From a bacterium (GTDB taxonomy: Bacteria > Sysuimicrobiota > Sysuimicrobiia > Sysuimicrobiales > Segetimicrobiaceae), in assembly GCA_035622635.1 (NCBI GenBank), contig DASPUZ010000163.1, positions 4,813 through 68,812 of the forward strand: a stretch of DNA of 64,000 nt, given 5' to 3'. Under the pieces are notes generated by a model, which worked only from the letters and a program-made list of their open reading frames with translations, searched no databases and was not told the DNA's origin. This document shows, piece by piece, positions 38,309 through 49,168 of the stretch; within the stretch, counting starts at the first letter, position 1, and each line of letters opens with the position of its first letter. The position numbers and the translations under genes are program-made.

Positions 38309-38982
38309 GCCGGGCAAGATGCGGCCCGCTTCCGGGCAAACTCCGCCTCCAGCCGGTCGAGCCACTCCGGGATTCCCGCGCCGGTCCGGACCGAAACCCT
38401 GAAGACCTCGAGTCCCGGGCGGACGGCATCGAGTGCCTGGCGCGCGAGCGCGTCGTCGTAGCCGGCGGCCTCCGCGAGGTCCAGCTTCGTCACCACGCAG
38501 AGATCTGCCGTGCTGAAGATGGTGGGATACTTCTGGGGTTTGTCTTCGCCCTCGGTAACGGAGAGGAGGACGGCGCGCAGATCCTCGCCGAGATCGTAGC
38601 TTGCGGGACAGACGAGATTGCCCACGTTCTCCAGGAACAGCAGGTCCAAGGTCGAGAGGTCCCAACCGGCGAGGGCGCGGGCGACCATCTCCGCATCGAG
38701 GTGACACACCGTCCCGGTCGTGATCTGGTGGACCGGCGCCCCGCTCTCGCGCAAACGCCTCGCGTCATTGTCGGTCGCGAGGTCGCCGACGAACGCCGCG
38801 ACCCGGTAGCGCGAGCGCAGCCGGGCAAGCGTCTCGCACAACAACGCGGTCTTGCCCGCGCCGGGACTCGAGACCAGGCTGACGACGCAGACCCCGGCCG
38901 AGCCGAACGTCCGGCGAAGCTCTCGCGCCCGCGCGTCGTTCTTCGTTAGCACGGCTTGGCGCACCTCAACGATCCGCGCCAT
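38305..38982 (-). CDS. hypB: Hydrogenase nickel-incorporation GTPase HypB
   Basis: P-loop SSPGAGKT. Also TGTVCHLDA, ENVGNLVCP, and TKLDL. Confidence 0.9.
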   Translation of the reverse strand: MARIVEVRQAVLTKNDARARELRRTFGSAGVCVVSLVSSPGAGKTALLCETLARLRSRYRVAAFVGDLATDNDARRLRESGAPVHQITTGTVCHLDAEMVARALAGWDLSTLDLLFLENVGNLVCPASYDLGEDLRAVLLSVTEGEDKPQKYPTIFSTADLCVVTKLDLAEAAGYDDALARQALDAVRPGLEVFRVSVRTGAGIPEWLDRLEAEFARKRAASCPA

Positions 38983-39325
38983 CGTCGCTCACCTCCAACG
39001 CCGTCAACTCCAGTTCGCGGCCGCGCACCACGTCTCCCGCAGGCTGCCCGCATACGGGACACCTGAGGGGGAACCCGTCGAGCGTGTGCACGGCACGGCA
39101 CCGGCTGCAAAAAACCGCGAGGGGAACGTGCTCGATCACGAGCCGGGCGCCGTCCAGCGGCGTGCCGCGGCATGCCACGTCGAACGAGAACGTGAGGGCG
39201 TCCTCGACCACGCCGGCTAGCGCCCCGAGCCGAAGGTGCACGGCTTCGACGCGGGCGCCGTTGAGTGGACCGGCGTGCTCCAGGACGAGTTCCACGAGGC
39301 TCATCGCGATCGACAACTCATGCAC
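38966..39325 (-). CDS. hypA: Hydrogenase nickel-insertion protein HypA
   Basis: N-terminal MHELSIA and the zinc motif CSRC...CPVCG. Confidence 0.9.
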   Translation of the reverse strand: MHELSIAMSLVELVLEHAGPLNGARVEAVHLRLGALAGVVEDALTFSFDVACRGTPLDGARLVIEHVPLAVFCSRCRAVHTLDGFPLRCPVCGQPAGDVVRGRELELTALEVSDDGADR

Positions 39326-39506
39326 GGACGGCCCCTGATTGTCGGCGGTGCGTCGTCAAAGTCCGGCGGCGGGAAGGAGGCACGGGGAGGGCCTGGACGG
39401 ACGTCGCGGCCCGCGCGCGCAGTGGCTCACGCCGCAGGCACAGGCTGCGACAGAAGGGCCACCGAGCCACCGACCGGATCGGCCGCCACCCTTCCGAGAC
39501 GGTCCA

Positions 39507-40268
39507 CTAGCCCCGGGCCTCGAGCAGCGCGCGTCCCCGCCGCTGCCGGTTTGCGAGCCCCAGATGATGACGGGTGTACCGCACGAGATCCTGATACTGC
39601 CTGGCGTTGAGTCGGTGACACGCGCACTGCCAGTGGATCGCGACCACGTCTCCAGGCGCAGCCTCGGCGACCAGGGCCGTGCCGTCGAACCGGCGGAAGA
39701 CACGACAGGGCTCGGGCCGTCCCAGCTGGATCTCCTCGCCGACGAGGACGAGTGGGCGCCGCTCGACGAGCAGGGAGTCGCCTTGGTCGGCGAGCACGCG
39801 TCCCCAGCTGATCCGGCACGCGTCCATGGTGGCCAGGTCGTGCTCCTGCTCCTGGTGCCCCGTGCGCACCGGCATGCTGAACACGTGAAAGTTGTGGTGC
39901 GGGCGCGCGCCGGCCGGCACCTGTCCCAACACCGCCTGCAACAAGCGCACCGGGAAGCGCCGCTGGAACCGATCCTCGAGATGGCGCCACAGATCCGCCG
40001 CCTCGACGTGGTCGAGCAGCGCGTTGCCGATCCAGTACGCCTCGATCACGCTCACGTGAAACGGGTCGGAGATGCCGTTCGCCGCGGCGATAAACGTGTA
40101 GTATGGAAATGCGCCGGCGAAGCGACTCAGGATCTGCTCCAGCCCTCGCCCGCCGTGCCCATCGGCGAGGTATTGCAGCATCGTTCGGTTCTCTTCAGGG
40201 CCGCAGTAGCCGAGCCGGTTCGGCATGAAGCTGAACTGCGCGGCCAGGAGCGCCCCCTCGCGGCTCAC
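39507..40268 (-). CDS. Conserved-looking hypothetical protein embedded in the hyp cluster (253 aa)
   Basis: Contains FMPNRLGYCGPEEN. The GTG overlaps the hypC stop (GTGA). I cannot place it in a named family with confidence. Confidence 0.6.
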   Translation of the reverse strand: MSREGALLAAQFSFMPNRLGYCGPEENRTMLQYLADGHGGRGLEQILSRFAGAFPYYTFIAAANGISDPFHVSVIEAYWIGNALLDHVEAADLWRHLEDRFQRRFPVRLLQAVLGQVPAGARPHHNFHVFSMPVRTGHQEQEHDLATMDACRISWGRVLADQGDSLLVERRPLVLVGEEIQLGRPEPCRVFRRFDGTALVAEAAPGDVVAIHWQCACHRLNARQYQDLVRYTRHHLGLANRQRRGRALLEARG

Positions 40269-40606
40269 TTGGTCCTCTCTGCGGCGGCCGGCTTCTCGGG
40301 ATCACGCGGCTGCTCGCACTCGCCTTGGGCCGCATCCGAGCTGCTCGCGGGGGCGCCCGTGCCCTCCCGCGTCTCGAGGCCGGCAAGCACCTCGCCCAAC
40401 TCCTCGAACAATTCCACCGTCTCCGCAGCGTCCTCCGGGCTCATCCGCGCCACGGCGGACCCCATCTGCACGAGGACCCACTCTCCCGGCGCGACGCCGC
40501 TCACGAGGCTCAGGTCCACGGTGCGAGACGTGCCGAGAACGTCGACGCGGCCGGACGTCCCGGCTTCGTCCACGCTGAGCACCTTCCCCGGCATCGCCAA
40601 GCACAT
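40265..40606 (-). CDS. hypC: Hydrogenase assembly chaperone HypC/HupF with an acidic/Pro-rich C-terminal tail
   Basis: The start MCLAMPGKV is the hallmark N-terminal Cys2. RBS GGGGAGGG. About 113 aa, versus the usual ~80-90. Confidence 0.85.
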   Translation of the reverse strand: MCLAMPGKVLSVDEAGTSGRVDVLGTSRTVDLSLVSGVAPGEWVLVQMGSAVARMSPEDAAETVELFEELGEVLAGLETREGTGAPASSSDAAQGECEQPRDPEKPAAAERTK

Positions 40607-40640
40607 CGTGAACCCTCCCCCGCAACGAGGCAGACCTCGG

Positions 40641-41141
40641 CTACGGGCTACCCCCCACAACTGTCTTCGGCGCGGCCGCTGCCATGCGATCGATCTCGAC
40701 CTGCGCCCGGCGGACCGCCCGGCGCACGCCCCCCTCCACCGCCTGGGACAGCCCCACGCCCGCGCCGAAGTTTCTTCCCTCGATACCGAACACGATCAGT
40801 TGGGCCGGAAGGCGTCCCAGCGCCCGGCCCAGCTCCACGGCGTCCGCCACCCCAAACGCGTGGGTCGAATACCTGAAGAACTTGGACGGCAGGGGCGACG
40901 TCCCCGCGTCGAGGCGCCGGACCGTACCGGGCCGCGCACCGGACCATATGGCGTCGATCAGGATCACGGCGGGCGCATTCGCCCACGTATTGAGCAGGGC
41001 CGCCCCTTCCCCAGTGGCCTCGCGGACGGTTACGCGGCCGCTGGCGGCCGCCGCCAGTTGGCGCGCCGCCACGAGGCCCGCCGCATCGTCGCCCCCGTAC
41101 GCATTGCCGATTCCAATGACGAGGACGGGCGGCTCCGGCAC
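40641..41141 (-). CDS. Hydrogenase maturation endopeptidase (HyaD/HoxW family)
   Basis: Reads VLVIGIGNAYGGDDAAG and ILIDA, then H.FG. Located immediately downstream of the large subunit. Confidence 0.85.
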   Translation of the reverse strand: MPEPPVLVIGIGNAYGGDDAAGLVAARQLAAAASGRVTVREATGEGAALLNTWANAPAVILIDAIWSGARPGTVRRLDAGTSPLPSKFFRYSTHAFGVADAVELGRALGRLPAQLIVFGIEGRNFGAGVGLSQAVEGGVRRAVRRAQVEIDRMAAAAPKTVVGGSP

Positions 41142-41142
41142 G

Positions 41143-42441
41143 CTACTCCCGCTCGATCTGCAGCTTGAGGAAGTGCGTCGAGCACGAGATGCACGGGTCG
41201 TAATTGCGCACGGCCTGCTCGCACTGCCACGTGAGCTGGTCTTCCGGCAGCGCCAGCGACGCCTGCACGAAGCCGCGCAGGTCCACCTCGATCTGCGCCT
41301 GGTTCTGCGAGGTCGGGGGGGTGATCCTTGCGTCCATGATACCCCCGGAGGCGTAGATCCTGTACCGGTGATACAGGATTCCGCGCGGCGCCTCGGTGCA
41401 TCCGTACCCGGTACCCGCTCGAACGGGCACGTCCGCCGCGGGCGGGTCGGGCGGCTCGTACGCGCCGATCAACCGGAGCGCCTCCTCACAGGCGTACACG
41501 GTCTCGACCGCACGCACCACGATGCTCTGGAACGGGTTGCGGCAGGTGGGACCGAGACCGGCCTCGCGCGCAGCCTCCTGAGCGAGCGGCGTTAACTCGT
41601 CGAAGGCCAGATTGTACCGGGCCAGCGGCCCCACGAAGTACGTACCGCGCGCTCGGACCCGCGAGTGGAGTGCGGTGGAGTGCTGCACGTGTTCCTCCAC
41701 AAAGTGCTGATCGTACTCCTGGACGGCGATGTCCAGTCCCCGGTTCGAGACGATCCGGCCGCGGTCGATCGGGTACTCGCCCGGCTGCCGGAGCGACACA
41801 AACTCGTAGTCCTGGACGAAGTCCGGGAACGAGAACCCGGCTACCCAGCGGACCGTCTCGAGCGCCGCATCGCGCGCCCAACGGAGGCGTTCGGCGATCT
41901 CCGTGAACTCCCGCCGGGCGGGTGCACGGTAAAAGCCGCCGACCCGCTCGTTGATGGGGTGCACCTCCCGGCCGCCGATGATCACCATCAGATCGTTCCC
42001 GATCTTCTTGAGCCGCAGCCCGCGCTCGGCGATCTGCGGATGGTCCCGGGCCATCGGGATCACGCTCTCGTACCCAAGGAAGTCAGGCGCATGGAGCATA
42101 TAGATGTGCAGCGCGTGGCTCTCGATCCACTCCCCGCAGTACAAAAGCCGCCGCAGCAGGCGCACTCGATCGTCCACGGTGACCCCGCACGCGTCCTCCA
42201 TCGCCGCGCAGGCGCTCATCTGGTACGCCACGGGGCAGATCCCGCAGATGCGCGACGTGATATCGGGGGCCTCCGTGAACCGCCGGCCCCGCAGGAACGC
42301 CTCGAAGAAACGGGGTGGCTCATAGAACCGCAGGCGGACTTCGCGCACCTGACCGTCTTTGACCCGGACGTACAACCCGCCCTCGCCCTCGACGCGTGCC
42401 AGGGCATCGACCCTGATTGTGCGCGTGCTACCTTTTTTCAT
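41143..42441 (-). CDS. [NiFe]-hydrogenase large subunit, group 3b-like
   Basis: N-terminal Ni-binding motif [10 protein letters not shown] and C-terminal motif DPCISCSTH, followed by a 9-aa cleavable tail. About 432 aa, typical of cytosolic group 3 enzymes. Confidence 0.9.
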   Translation of the reverse strand: MKKGSTRTIRVDALARVEGEGGLYVRVKDGQVREVRLRFYEPPRFFEAFLRGRRFTEAPDITSRICGICPVAYQMSACAAMEDACGVTVDDRVRLLRRLLYCGEWIESHALHIYMLHAPDFLGYESVIPMARDHPQIAERGLRLKKIGNDLMVIIGGREVHPINERVGGFYRAPARREFTEIAERLRWARDAALETVRWVAGFSFPDFVQDYEFVSLRQPGEYPIDRGRIVSNRGLDIAVQEYDQHFVEEHVQHSTALHSRVRARGTYFVGPLARYNLAFDELTPLAQEAAREAGLGPTCRNPFQSIVVRAVETVYACEEALRLIGAYEPPDPPAADVPVRAGTGYGCTEAPRGILYHRYRIYASGGIMDARITPPTSQNQAQIEVDLRGFVQASLALPEDQLTWQCEQAVRNYDPCISCSTHFLKLQIERE

Positions 42442-43207
42442 GCGCGTCCCCCGCTTTTCGGAACGCTTCCGCGCCCGCGTTGATCCCGCGGAACGCTCGA
42501 ACGATGTCCACATCGGGCACGCCGAGCTGCACCCATCGCTGGTCGAGCGCTCCGGTGTTCGGCGACTCCATCGGCCCGTAGCAGCCGTAGCACCCGCGAT
42601 CGTACGCCGGGCACAGCGCGCCGCACCCGGCATGCGTCACCGGCCCGAGGCACGGCACACCGCGGGCCACCATCACGCACACCGTCCCCCGCCGCTTGCA
42701 CTCAACGCAGACGCTGTACGCAGGGGTGTTCGGCTGGCGTCCGTGCAGGAGGGCCTCGATCACCTCGACGAGCTGCGCCTTGTTGATGGGGCACCCTTGC
42801 AGCTCAAAATCGACGCGCACGTGATGGGAGATCGGGGTGGAGGTCGCTAGCGTGTCGATGTACTCGGGGTTGGCATAGACCGTCGCACAGAACATGTTCA
42901 CGTCGCGGAAGTTCCGGAGCGCCTGGATACCTCCGGCCGTGGCGCAGGCCCCGATGGTCACGAGATACCGAGACTCGCGGCGAACCTGCTGGACCCGCTC
43001 GGCATCATGCGGCGTCGTCACCGATCCTTCGACCAGCGAGAGATCATACGGCCCGCGGATCACCGCGCGGGACGCCTCCGGAAAATACGCGACCTCTACC
43101 GCGCCCACGAGTGCCAGCAGCTCGTCCTCGCAGTCGAGAAGGCTGAGCTGACATCCATCGCACGACGCGAACTTCCACACCGCGAGACGCGGACGGCGGG
43201 CGGCCAT
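42428..43207 (-). CDS. [NiFe]-hydrogenase small subunit (delta, NuoB-like fold), no Tat signal
   Basis: Reads [22 protein letters not shown], and C-terminal clusters [11 protein letters not shown]...[15 protein letters not shown]...GCYGCYGP. Confidence 0.85.
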   Translation of the reverse strand: MAARRPRLAVWKFASCDGCQLSLLDCEDELLALVGAVEVAYFPEASRAVIRGPYDLSLVEGSVTTPHDAERVQQVRRESRYLVTIGACATAGGIQALRNFRDVNMFCATVYANPEYIDTLATSTPISHHVRVDFELQGCPINKAQLVEVIEALLHGRQPNTPAYSVCVECKRRGTVCVMVARGVPCLGPVTHAGCGALCPAYDRGCYGCYGPMESPNTGALDQRWVQLGVPDVDIVRAFRGINAGAEAFRKAGDAHEKR

Positions 43208-44058
43208 CACAGTTCTCGCACGCGCAGCAACGGCGCGACCCGATCGTACCGGAACACCGGCCCGTCCTTGCACACGAACGTGGGGCCGAACTGGCAATGT
43301 CCGCAGAACCCAATCGCACACTTCATGTTCCGCTCCATCGATACGTAGATGCGTTCGGCGGGGATCCCCCGCTGCATGAGATCGGCGACTGCGAAGCGCA
43401 ACATTATCTCGGGGCCGCACACCATGGCGGTAGTTGCCTCCGGATCGAACGCCGCGCCCGGGATCAGCGTCGTCACGACACCCACGTGTCCGCGCCACGA
43501 CTCAATCTGCGCCGCGTCCACCGTCGCTTCCACCTGGATGTCGAACCGCCCCCGCCAGCGGGCGACCTCCTGCATATACAGCAAGTCGCCGGGCGTTCGC
43601 GCGCCGTAGAGCAGCGCGACCCGGCGATACAGGTCTCGGTGCGACAGCACATGGTAGAGGAGCGGCCGCAGCGGCGGAAGGCCCACGCCGCCGGCGAGGA
43701 TCACGAGGTCGCCCCCGGCCGCCGTGTCCACCGGCCAGGAGCTTCCGAACGGCCCCCGGACGCCGAACACCTCTCCCTTCTTGAGGGCGCACAGCGCCGT
43801 CGTAAGCGGGCCGACCGCCCGAATCGTGTGAACGAGCACGCGCGGCGTGGCCGGATCCCCGCTGATGGAGATCGCCGCCTCGCCGCGGCCGAAGAGGTAC
43901 AGCATGTTGAACTGTCCCGGCGCGAACGGGAGCTCCTGAAGGCCGTCCACCGGCTCGGCCTCGAGCGTCACAACGTCATGACTTTCCCGACGGGTCCGCC
44001 GGACGCGAAACGGACGCGGCGCCATGGGATCGGCGCTCACCGGCCACGTCGCCACCAT
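43207..44058 (-). CDS. Hydrogenase gamma subunit: FAD/NAD(P)-binding oxidoreductase with C-terminal 2Fe-2S motif (AsrB-like)
   Basis: Reads RPFRV...[30 protein letters not shown], and C.IG.CGHCQ. An alternative start lies at 44082. Confidence 0.8.
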   Translation of the reverse strand: MVATWPVSADPMAPRPFRVRRTRRESHDVVTLEAEPVDGLQELPFAPGQFNMLYLFGRGEAAISISGDPATPRVLVHTIRAVGPLTTALCALKKGEVFGVRGPFGSSWPVDTAAGGDLVILAGGVGLPPLRPLLYHVLSHRDLYRRVALLYGARTPGDLLYMQEVARWRGRFDIQVEATVDAAQIESWRGHVGVVTTLIPGAAFDPEATTAMVCGPEIMLRFAVADLMQRGIPAERIYVSMERNMKCAIGFCGHCQFGPTFVCKDGPVFRYDRVAPLLRVREL

Positions 44059-44059
44059 C

Positions 44060-44521
44060 CTACCCTCGCTTACCGTAGACATCCAGCAGTTGCAACCTCG
44101 CCGCCTGGAGTCGGTGCCCGATGATCTGCGCGAACCGCTTGAGGAGCTCGTAGCCCAGCCGGGGGTCGGTCTCGCACTTCGCGCGGATACAGGCGCCGTC
44201 GAACGACGTGGCGCGGACCGCGTCGACCGCCCGCGCGTCAAACTGCTTGCGATACGGGGGCACGAGCCACGACCACCCCAGGATGTCGCCCGGCTTGAGC
44301 GTCTCGATCGTCAGCGGGCCGCGTCCGGGGCTCGAAATCTCGACCGCGACCCGCCCGTGCCGGATGAGAAAGAACCGTTCGGACGTGTCGCCCTCGTGAA
44401 AGAGATAGGTGCCCTCGTCGAAGTGCATATTGGACCCGCACCCCGCGATCAACTGCAGGTCCTCCGGTGCCAGCCCCTGGAAAAACGGATGCTGCGCGAG
44501 GATCGCATCAAGCTCCTGCAT
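44060..44521 (-). CDS. Stand-alone cyclic-nucleotide-binding (cNMP/CAP effector) domain protein, 153 aa
   Basis: Reads FFQGL..EDL..IA......F.EG.YLF.EGD....[12 protein letters not shown]....G...[12 protein letters not shown]. No helix-turn-helix follows. Confidence 0.75.
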   Translation of the reverse strand: MQELDAILAQHPFFQGLAPEDLQLIAGCGSNMHFDEGTYLFHEGDTSERFFLIRHGRVAVEISSPGRGPLTIETLKPGDILGWSWLVPPYRKQFDARAVDAVRATSFDGACIRAKCETDPRLGYELLKRFAQIIGHRLQAARLQLLDVYGKRG

Positions 44522-45683
44522 CGTCCCCCTCCCGGCCCCGCGCCGCCGGCTGGCGGGGCTCGCTCTCACGGATCGCCCGGAGCTCCTCGGTGATATCGAT
44601 CCCGACTGGGCACCAAGTGATGCACCGGCCACAGCCCACGCACCCGGGCGTCCCAAACTGATCGATCCAACTAGCCAGCTTGTGGGTCATCCACTGGCGA
44701 TAGCGCGACCGCGCCGAGGTCCGCACGGACCCGCCGTGGATGTAGGAAAAGTCCGTCGTGAAACAAGAGTCCCACTTCCGCCACCGCTCGGCGTGATCGC
44801 CGGTGAGATCAGCGGTGTCCTCAACGGTGGTGCAGAAGCAAGTGGGACACACCATCGTGCAGTTGCCGCAGGTGAGACACCGGCCGGCGACCTGCGCCCA
44901 TCGCGGATGTTCGTAGTTGCGGTACAGGAGGTCTTTCATGTCCGTGGTGTCCATCACACGGCCCATCTGAGATGCCGCGCGCTCGACCGCACGGCGCGCC
45001 GCACCCGTGTCCTCCGCCTCCGCCGCGACATGAGGAACGTCCGCGAGCACCTCCGCGCCGCGTTCCGAGCCGACCTCGACCAGGAACCGGTGACGCCCCC
45101 CCTCCAGAATCTCCGTCAGGGCGAGGTCGAATCCCGACTGGGCCTTCGGCCCCGTCTTCATCGACACGCAGAAACAGGTCCCGCCCGCCTGGCCGCAGTT
45201 GACCGCGACAATGAACGCGCCGTCGCGCCGCGCACGGTAGGTCGGATCGACGCGCGCGCCTTGCAGAAACACGCGGTCCTGGATCGCGATGGCGTGAAGC
45301 TCGCAGGAGCGCACCCCGATGAATGCGTACCGGGGCGGCTCAGCCGGCTCTTCCACCGTCGCGAATCCGCCGGTGGGTTCGCGCCGTCCGTTCCACAATC
45401 GCACCACCGGCGGAAACAGAAACTTCTTCCATGAGTGCGGGCCGACGACGTACCCGAACACCGCCTGGTCGTCGCGGCGCCGGAGACGGTACGTCCCGCC
45501 GTCCTGCTCGTCGGTCCATCCCGTCGGCAGATCGGCAGGGGTCTCGATCTCCGCATAGGTGATGGCGCCGTCGGCCGCCGTCGGGCCGATCAGCCGGAAC
45601 CCCCGACGGCGTAGCGCGACAAACAACGCCTCCAGGCCTTCCATCGTGATGACCGAGGACTCGAGTGCTCCACGCTCGGACAT
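44508..45683 (-). CDS. Hydrogenase beta subunit: 4Fe-4S dicluster protein (AsrA-like)
   Basis: Motifs [26 protein letters not shown], and [12 protein letters not shown]. Confidence 0.8.
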   Translation of the reverse strand: MSERGALESSVITMEGLEALFVALRRRGFRLIGPTAADGAITYAEIETPADLPTGWTDEQDGGTYRLRRRDDQAVFGYVVGPHSWKKFLFPPVVRLWNGRREPTGGFATVEEPAEPPRYAFIGVRSCELHAIAIQDRVFLQGARVDPTYRARRDGAFIVAVNCGQAGGTCFCVSMKTGPKAQSGFDLALTEILEGGRHRFLVEVGSERGAEVLADVPHVAAEAEDTGAARRAVERAASQMGRVMDTTDMKDLLYRNYEHPRWAQVAGRCLTCGNCTMVCPTCFCTTVEDTADLTGDHAERWRKWDSCFTTDFSYIHGGSVRTSARSRYRQWMTHKLASWIDQFGTPGCVGCGRCITWCPVGIDITEELRAIRESEPRQPAARGREGDDAGA

Positions 45684-45835
45684 CGATCTCGTTCTCCTCA
45701 CCGCCGACGCCGGAATCGTGCCCGGGTCCGGCTCGCGTTTCTGCCTTGCCTTGCCCTCAACCGCTCGCGCAGGCCCTTGCCCCGAATCTTTCCGAGTTCG
45801 TTGACTCCGGGCCCGGCGCATCCGCGGCCACCCCG

Positions 45836-46270
45836 CTATCTGACGACGAGAACGGGAAGGTGCGCGCGGTGCAGCACGCGCTCGCTCACGCTCCCCAGAA
45901 TCAGGCCGCCGATCTGACCGAGGCCGCGGCTGCCGACGACGATCATGTCTGCGCCGATCTCCTGCGCAGCCTTCATGATCTCCGCCGACGGATCCCCGGT
46001 GCGGTACGCGGTGGTCACCGGCACGCCGGTTCCCTCGATCTCCCGGGTCGTCTTATCCAACGCGGCTCGCCCGACCTGTTCGAGTCCTTGCTCCACCGCC
46101 TCAAGGCCGGCTATTGCATCCCGGCTTGAGCCGCCCGTCGCGAGCGCGGGAACGTGCCCGACGGACACCACGACAAGCTCCGTCCCGGGAACCTCACGGG
46201 CCAAGCGCGCGGCGAACACGGCAGCGCGGATCGCGTGCGGCGACCCGTCGGTTGCCACGAGCACTTTCAT
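45836..46270 (-). CDS. Universal stress protein (UspA family)
   Basis: Reads MKVLVATDGS, then ADMIVVGSRGLG......GSVSERVLHRAHLPVLVV. Strong RBS GGGGGAGGGAA. Confidence 0.8.
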   Translation of the reverse strand: MKVLVATDGSPHAIRAAVFAARLAREVPGTELVVVSVGHVPALATGGSSRDAIAGLEAVEQGLEQVGRAALDKTTREIEGTGVPVTTAYRTGDPSAEIMKAAQEIGADMIVVGSRGLGQIGGLILGSVSERVLHRAHLPVLVVR

Positions 46271-46636
46271 GGAGTTCCCTCCCCCGCCTGTTCCACGGAT
46301 CCGCGGAAGGATGCGCGTTTGCAGAACCACGTCATGGCCATCTCGTCGGACGCTCTCTGTAGCGCACCGCAGGATCACCCGTCCGATCGGCGCGTCGATC
46401 GAGCACCCGTCACCGCAGCGATGTCGCAACCAACCGGCACACGATTCCACGGACATGATAACTCACGTCCGGCCGTGCACAATCTAGCACAGTCTCCGAC
46501 TCAAAGGGATCGGGCCGCGGCCTGATTTCGACCTCGCGGGGGCATCCCGAGTTGCACCGCCCGCAGAACTCAAAGATGGTCTTGGACAAGGTGCAATATG
46601 GTTCCTTCTGCGTGCGCGGGATGGAAACGTAGCGCG

Positions 46637-46659
46637 GGACCGGCCGTGATGGCCGGTCT
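46637..46659 (-). terminator. Hairpin downstream of the protease gene (weak terminator candidate)
   Basis: GGACCGGCC / GGCCGGTCT (9 bp with one wobble, 5-nt loop), 20 nt past the stop. The U-tract is poor. Confidence 0.3.
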
Positions 46660-46678
46660 CGGCGCGGTAGTGACGATG

Positions 46679-47785
46679 CTACTGACCTCGAGGCGTCTCT
46701 CCCAGCGTCACGGTCTCGTACGTCGTGTGCCCGCGATGCAGCACGAGGAGAACCACTTTCGATCCGACTTTCTGCTTGTGGATGAACGTGACCAGCGCGC
46801 TCGGATCCAACGTACGCTCGCCACCCGCTTGCACGATCACGTCTCCGCGCTCCAGGCCCGCCGCCGCCGCAGGGCTGTTCGGTGCCACGTCGGCGACCAG
46901 CGCACCCTTCGTGTCCGACGGCAGGTTAAGCTCGGAGGCCAGGTCCGGGGTCAGCGGCTGCAGGGACACGCCCAGATATGGGCGCACGACATGGCCGCTC
47001 GAGATGAGGTCGCTCATGATCCCCTTTGCGGTGTTGATCGGTATCGAAAACCCGATGCCCTGCGCGTTCTCGAACTTCGCGCTGTTGATGCCCACGACGC
47101 GCCCGTCCGTGTCCACCAGCGGGCCACCGCTGTTTCCGGGGTTGATTGCAGCGTCGGTCTGGATGAACGTCTCCTCCGGGCCGTCGGGAAGAGTCCGACC
47201 CGTCGCGCTGATGACGCCGACGGTCACGGTGAAATTCAGCCCATAGGGGTTGCCGATCGCGATCGCCCAGTCGCCCGGCACGAGCGACGACGAATCGCCG
47301 AGTGGGGCCGCGGGCAGCGACGTGGCCGGGATCTTCACCACGGCAAGATCGGTCACCGTGTCGCTGCCAACCACCGCCCCCTTGAACGTGCGCCCGTCCA
47401 GCAGCGTGACGGTGAGTTGCTGGGCCCCGTCGACGACGTGTGCATTCGTCAAGATGTACCCGTCCTGGCTCACGGTCACGCCGGACCCGATCGCCTTCTG
47501 CCGAATCGGGCCGGACGGGAGTCCGAAGAACGGCGAAAACTGCTGACCCACGGGGTTTTGCACGGTCTGCACCGTGCTGATGTTCACCACCGCGGGCCGA
47601 ACCCGCGCGACGGCGTCAACGAATGGGCTTTTCACCCCGCCGGACGGCGACGGCGCCGCCGCTGCGCTCGCCGCCTCGACGGAGCGCGGGCCTACAAACG
47701 ACGATACGGCGGCCCCGACTCCGCCGCTGAGCGCGGCGACGAGCAGGAGAACCATCGCGAACTGAAGATAGCGTAGTCTCACCAT
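46679..47785 (-). CDS. htrA: HtrA/DegP-family serine protease with PDZ domain
   Basis: N-terminal anchor MVRLRYLQFAMVLLLVAAL. Reads GSGV..S.DGYILTNAHVV, D.AV.K, TDAAINPGNSGGPLV, then a PDZ-like end. Confidence 0.85.
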   Translation of the reverse strand: MVRLRYLQFAMVLLLVAALSGGVGAAVSSFVGPRSVEAASAAAAPSPSGGVKSPFVDAVARVRPAVVNISTVQTVQNPVGQQFSPFFGLPSGPIRQKAIGSGVTVSQDGYILTNAHVVDGAQQLTVTLLDGRTFKGAVVGSDTVTDLAVVKIPATSLPAAPLGDSSSLVPGDWAIAIGNPYGLNFTVTVGVISATGRTLPDGPEETFIQTDAAINPGNSGGPLVDTDGRVVGINSAKFENAQGIGFSIPINTAKGIMSDLISSGHVVRPYLGVSLQPLTPDLASELNLPSDTKGALVADVAPNSPAAAAGLERGDVIVQAGGERTLDPSALVTFIHKQKVGSKVVLLVLHRGHTTYETVTLGETPRGQ

Positions 47786-48104
47786 GCCGTTCCCCCTCGG
47801 GATCCGGAGAGTCGGAGCGCGGACCCTTCGAAGCCGGATCCCGTGACGTCCACCGACGCCGCCCGCCTCCGGGGAGTCGTCTCCCAAGCAGTCACGTTAC
47901 CTGCGGAAGATTACGGCCAGATGACGCCGCGGGCCGGCGGCGCCGGGTGAACCCGTACACGGCGGGCGCATCGATGTGAAGTGACCGCAGCCCGTGCCCG
48001 GGGCAGCCTCGGACGGCCCCGCCGCGCGGAGGCGGCTTCGGGGGTCACGCCTGAAAGTCGATTCGGTGGAATAGACGGACATCGAGCGGGCGTTTTGGGA
48101 TTGT

Positions 48105-49103
48105 ATGAAAAGAGACATCGAGATCGTGCCGCGTCAACTCGGGTCCCCGGCGCTGGAGGTCTTCCCGCTGGCGCTTGGATGCATGGCAATGTCGGGCATG
48201 TACGGCCACGCCGAGGAACACGAGAGCATCGCCACAATTCACGCGGCGATAGATGCCGGCGTCACCGTGTTCGATAGCGGAGACTATTATGGCATGGGCC
48301 ACAACGAAATGCTGCTCGGCCGGGCGGTCAAGGGTCGGCGCGAGAAGCTCTTGATCTCGGTCAAGTTCGGAGCGCTCCGAAGCCCCGACGGCGCCTGGCT
48401 GGGGTACGACGCGCGTCCCGCCGCGGTGAAGAATTTTTTGTCGTACAGCCTCTTGCGTCTGGGCGTGGACTACATCGACATCTACCGGCCCGGCCGTCTC
48501 GATTCACAGGTGCCGATTGAGGAGACGATCGGCGCGATCGCCGACATGGTGAGGGCCGGGTTCGTCCGCAACATCGGTCTCTCCGAGGTCGGCTCGGAAA
48601 CGATTCGCCGCGCGAACGCCGTTCACCCGATCAGCGATCTTCAAATCGAATACTCACTCCTGAGCCGCAATCCGGAGACGACCATTTTCCCGACTCTTCA
48701 GGAACTCGGCATCGGCGTGACCGCCTACGGCGTTCTGTCGCGGGGCCTCCTGAGCGGCCGGATTCCCACGGCCGCGAACGACCTCCGGGTCCACTTCCCT
48801 CGGTTTGCCGGGGAGAACCTCAACCGCAACAGGCGTCTCGTCGAAGCGCTGAGGGCGATCGCAACCGAGCGCGGAGTGACCCCCTCGCAGCTCGCGATCG
48901 CGTGGGTCCTCGCCAAAGCGCAGAACATCGTTCCCGTGGTCGGCGCCCGCACGCGGACTCAGCTCGAAGAATCGCTGGGCGCGCTTCGCGTGCGGCTGGA
49001 CGCCCGCGATGTCGCGCAAATCGAAGCGGCGGTGCCGGCGTCAGAAGTTGCGGGCAGCCGCTACGGAGAACAACAAATGAAGACGCTGGACAGCGAGCGC
49101 TAG
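48105..49103 (+). CDS. Aldo/keto reductase (second copy in window)
   Basis: Motifs LGCMAMSG, GVTVFDSGDYYG, DIYRPGRLD, and VRNIGLSEV. Confidence 0.85.
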   Translation: MKRDIEIVPRQLGSPALEVFPLALGCMAMSGMYGHAEEHESIATIHAAIDAGVTVFDSGDYYGMGHNEMLLGRAVKGRREKLLISVKFGALRSPDGAWLGYDARPAAVKNFLSYSLLRLGVDYIDIYRPGRLDSQVPIEETIGAIADMVRAGFVRNIGLSEVGSETIRRANAVHPISDLQIEYSLLSRNPETTIFPTLQELGIGVTAYGVLSRGLLSGRIPTAANDLRVHFPRFAGENLNRNRRLVEALRAIATERGVTPSQLAIAWVLAKAQNIVPVVGARTRTQLEESLGALRVRLDARDVAQIEAAVPASEVAGSRYGEQQMKTLDSER

Positions 49104-49168
49104 CCCGGACACGCGGACCGGATGAGACTACGCGCTCGGTGGCCATCCGGTGTGCCGGAACGGAGCGC

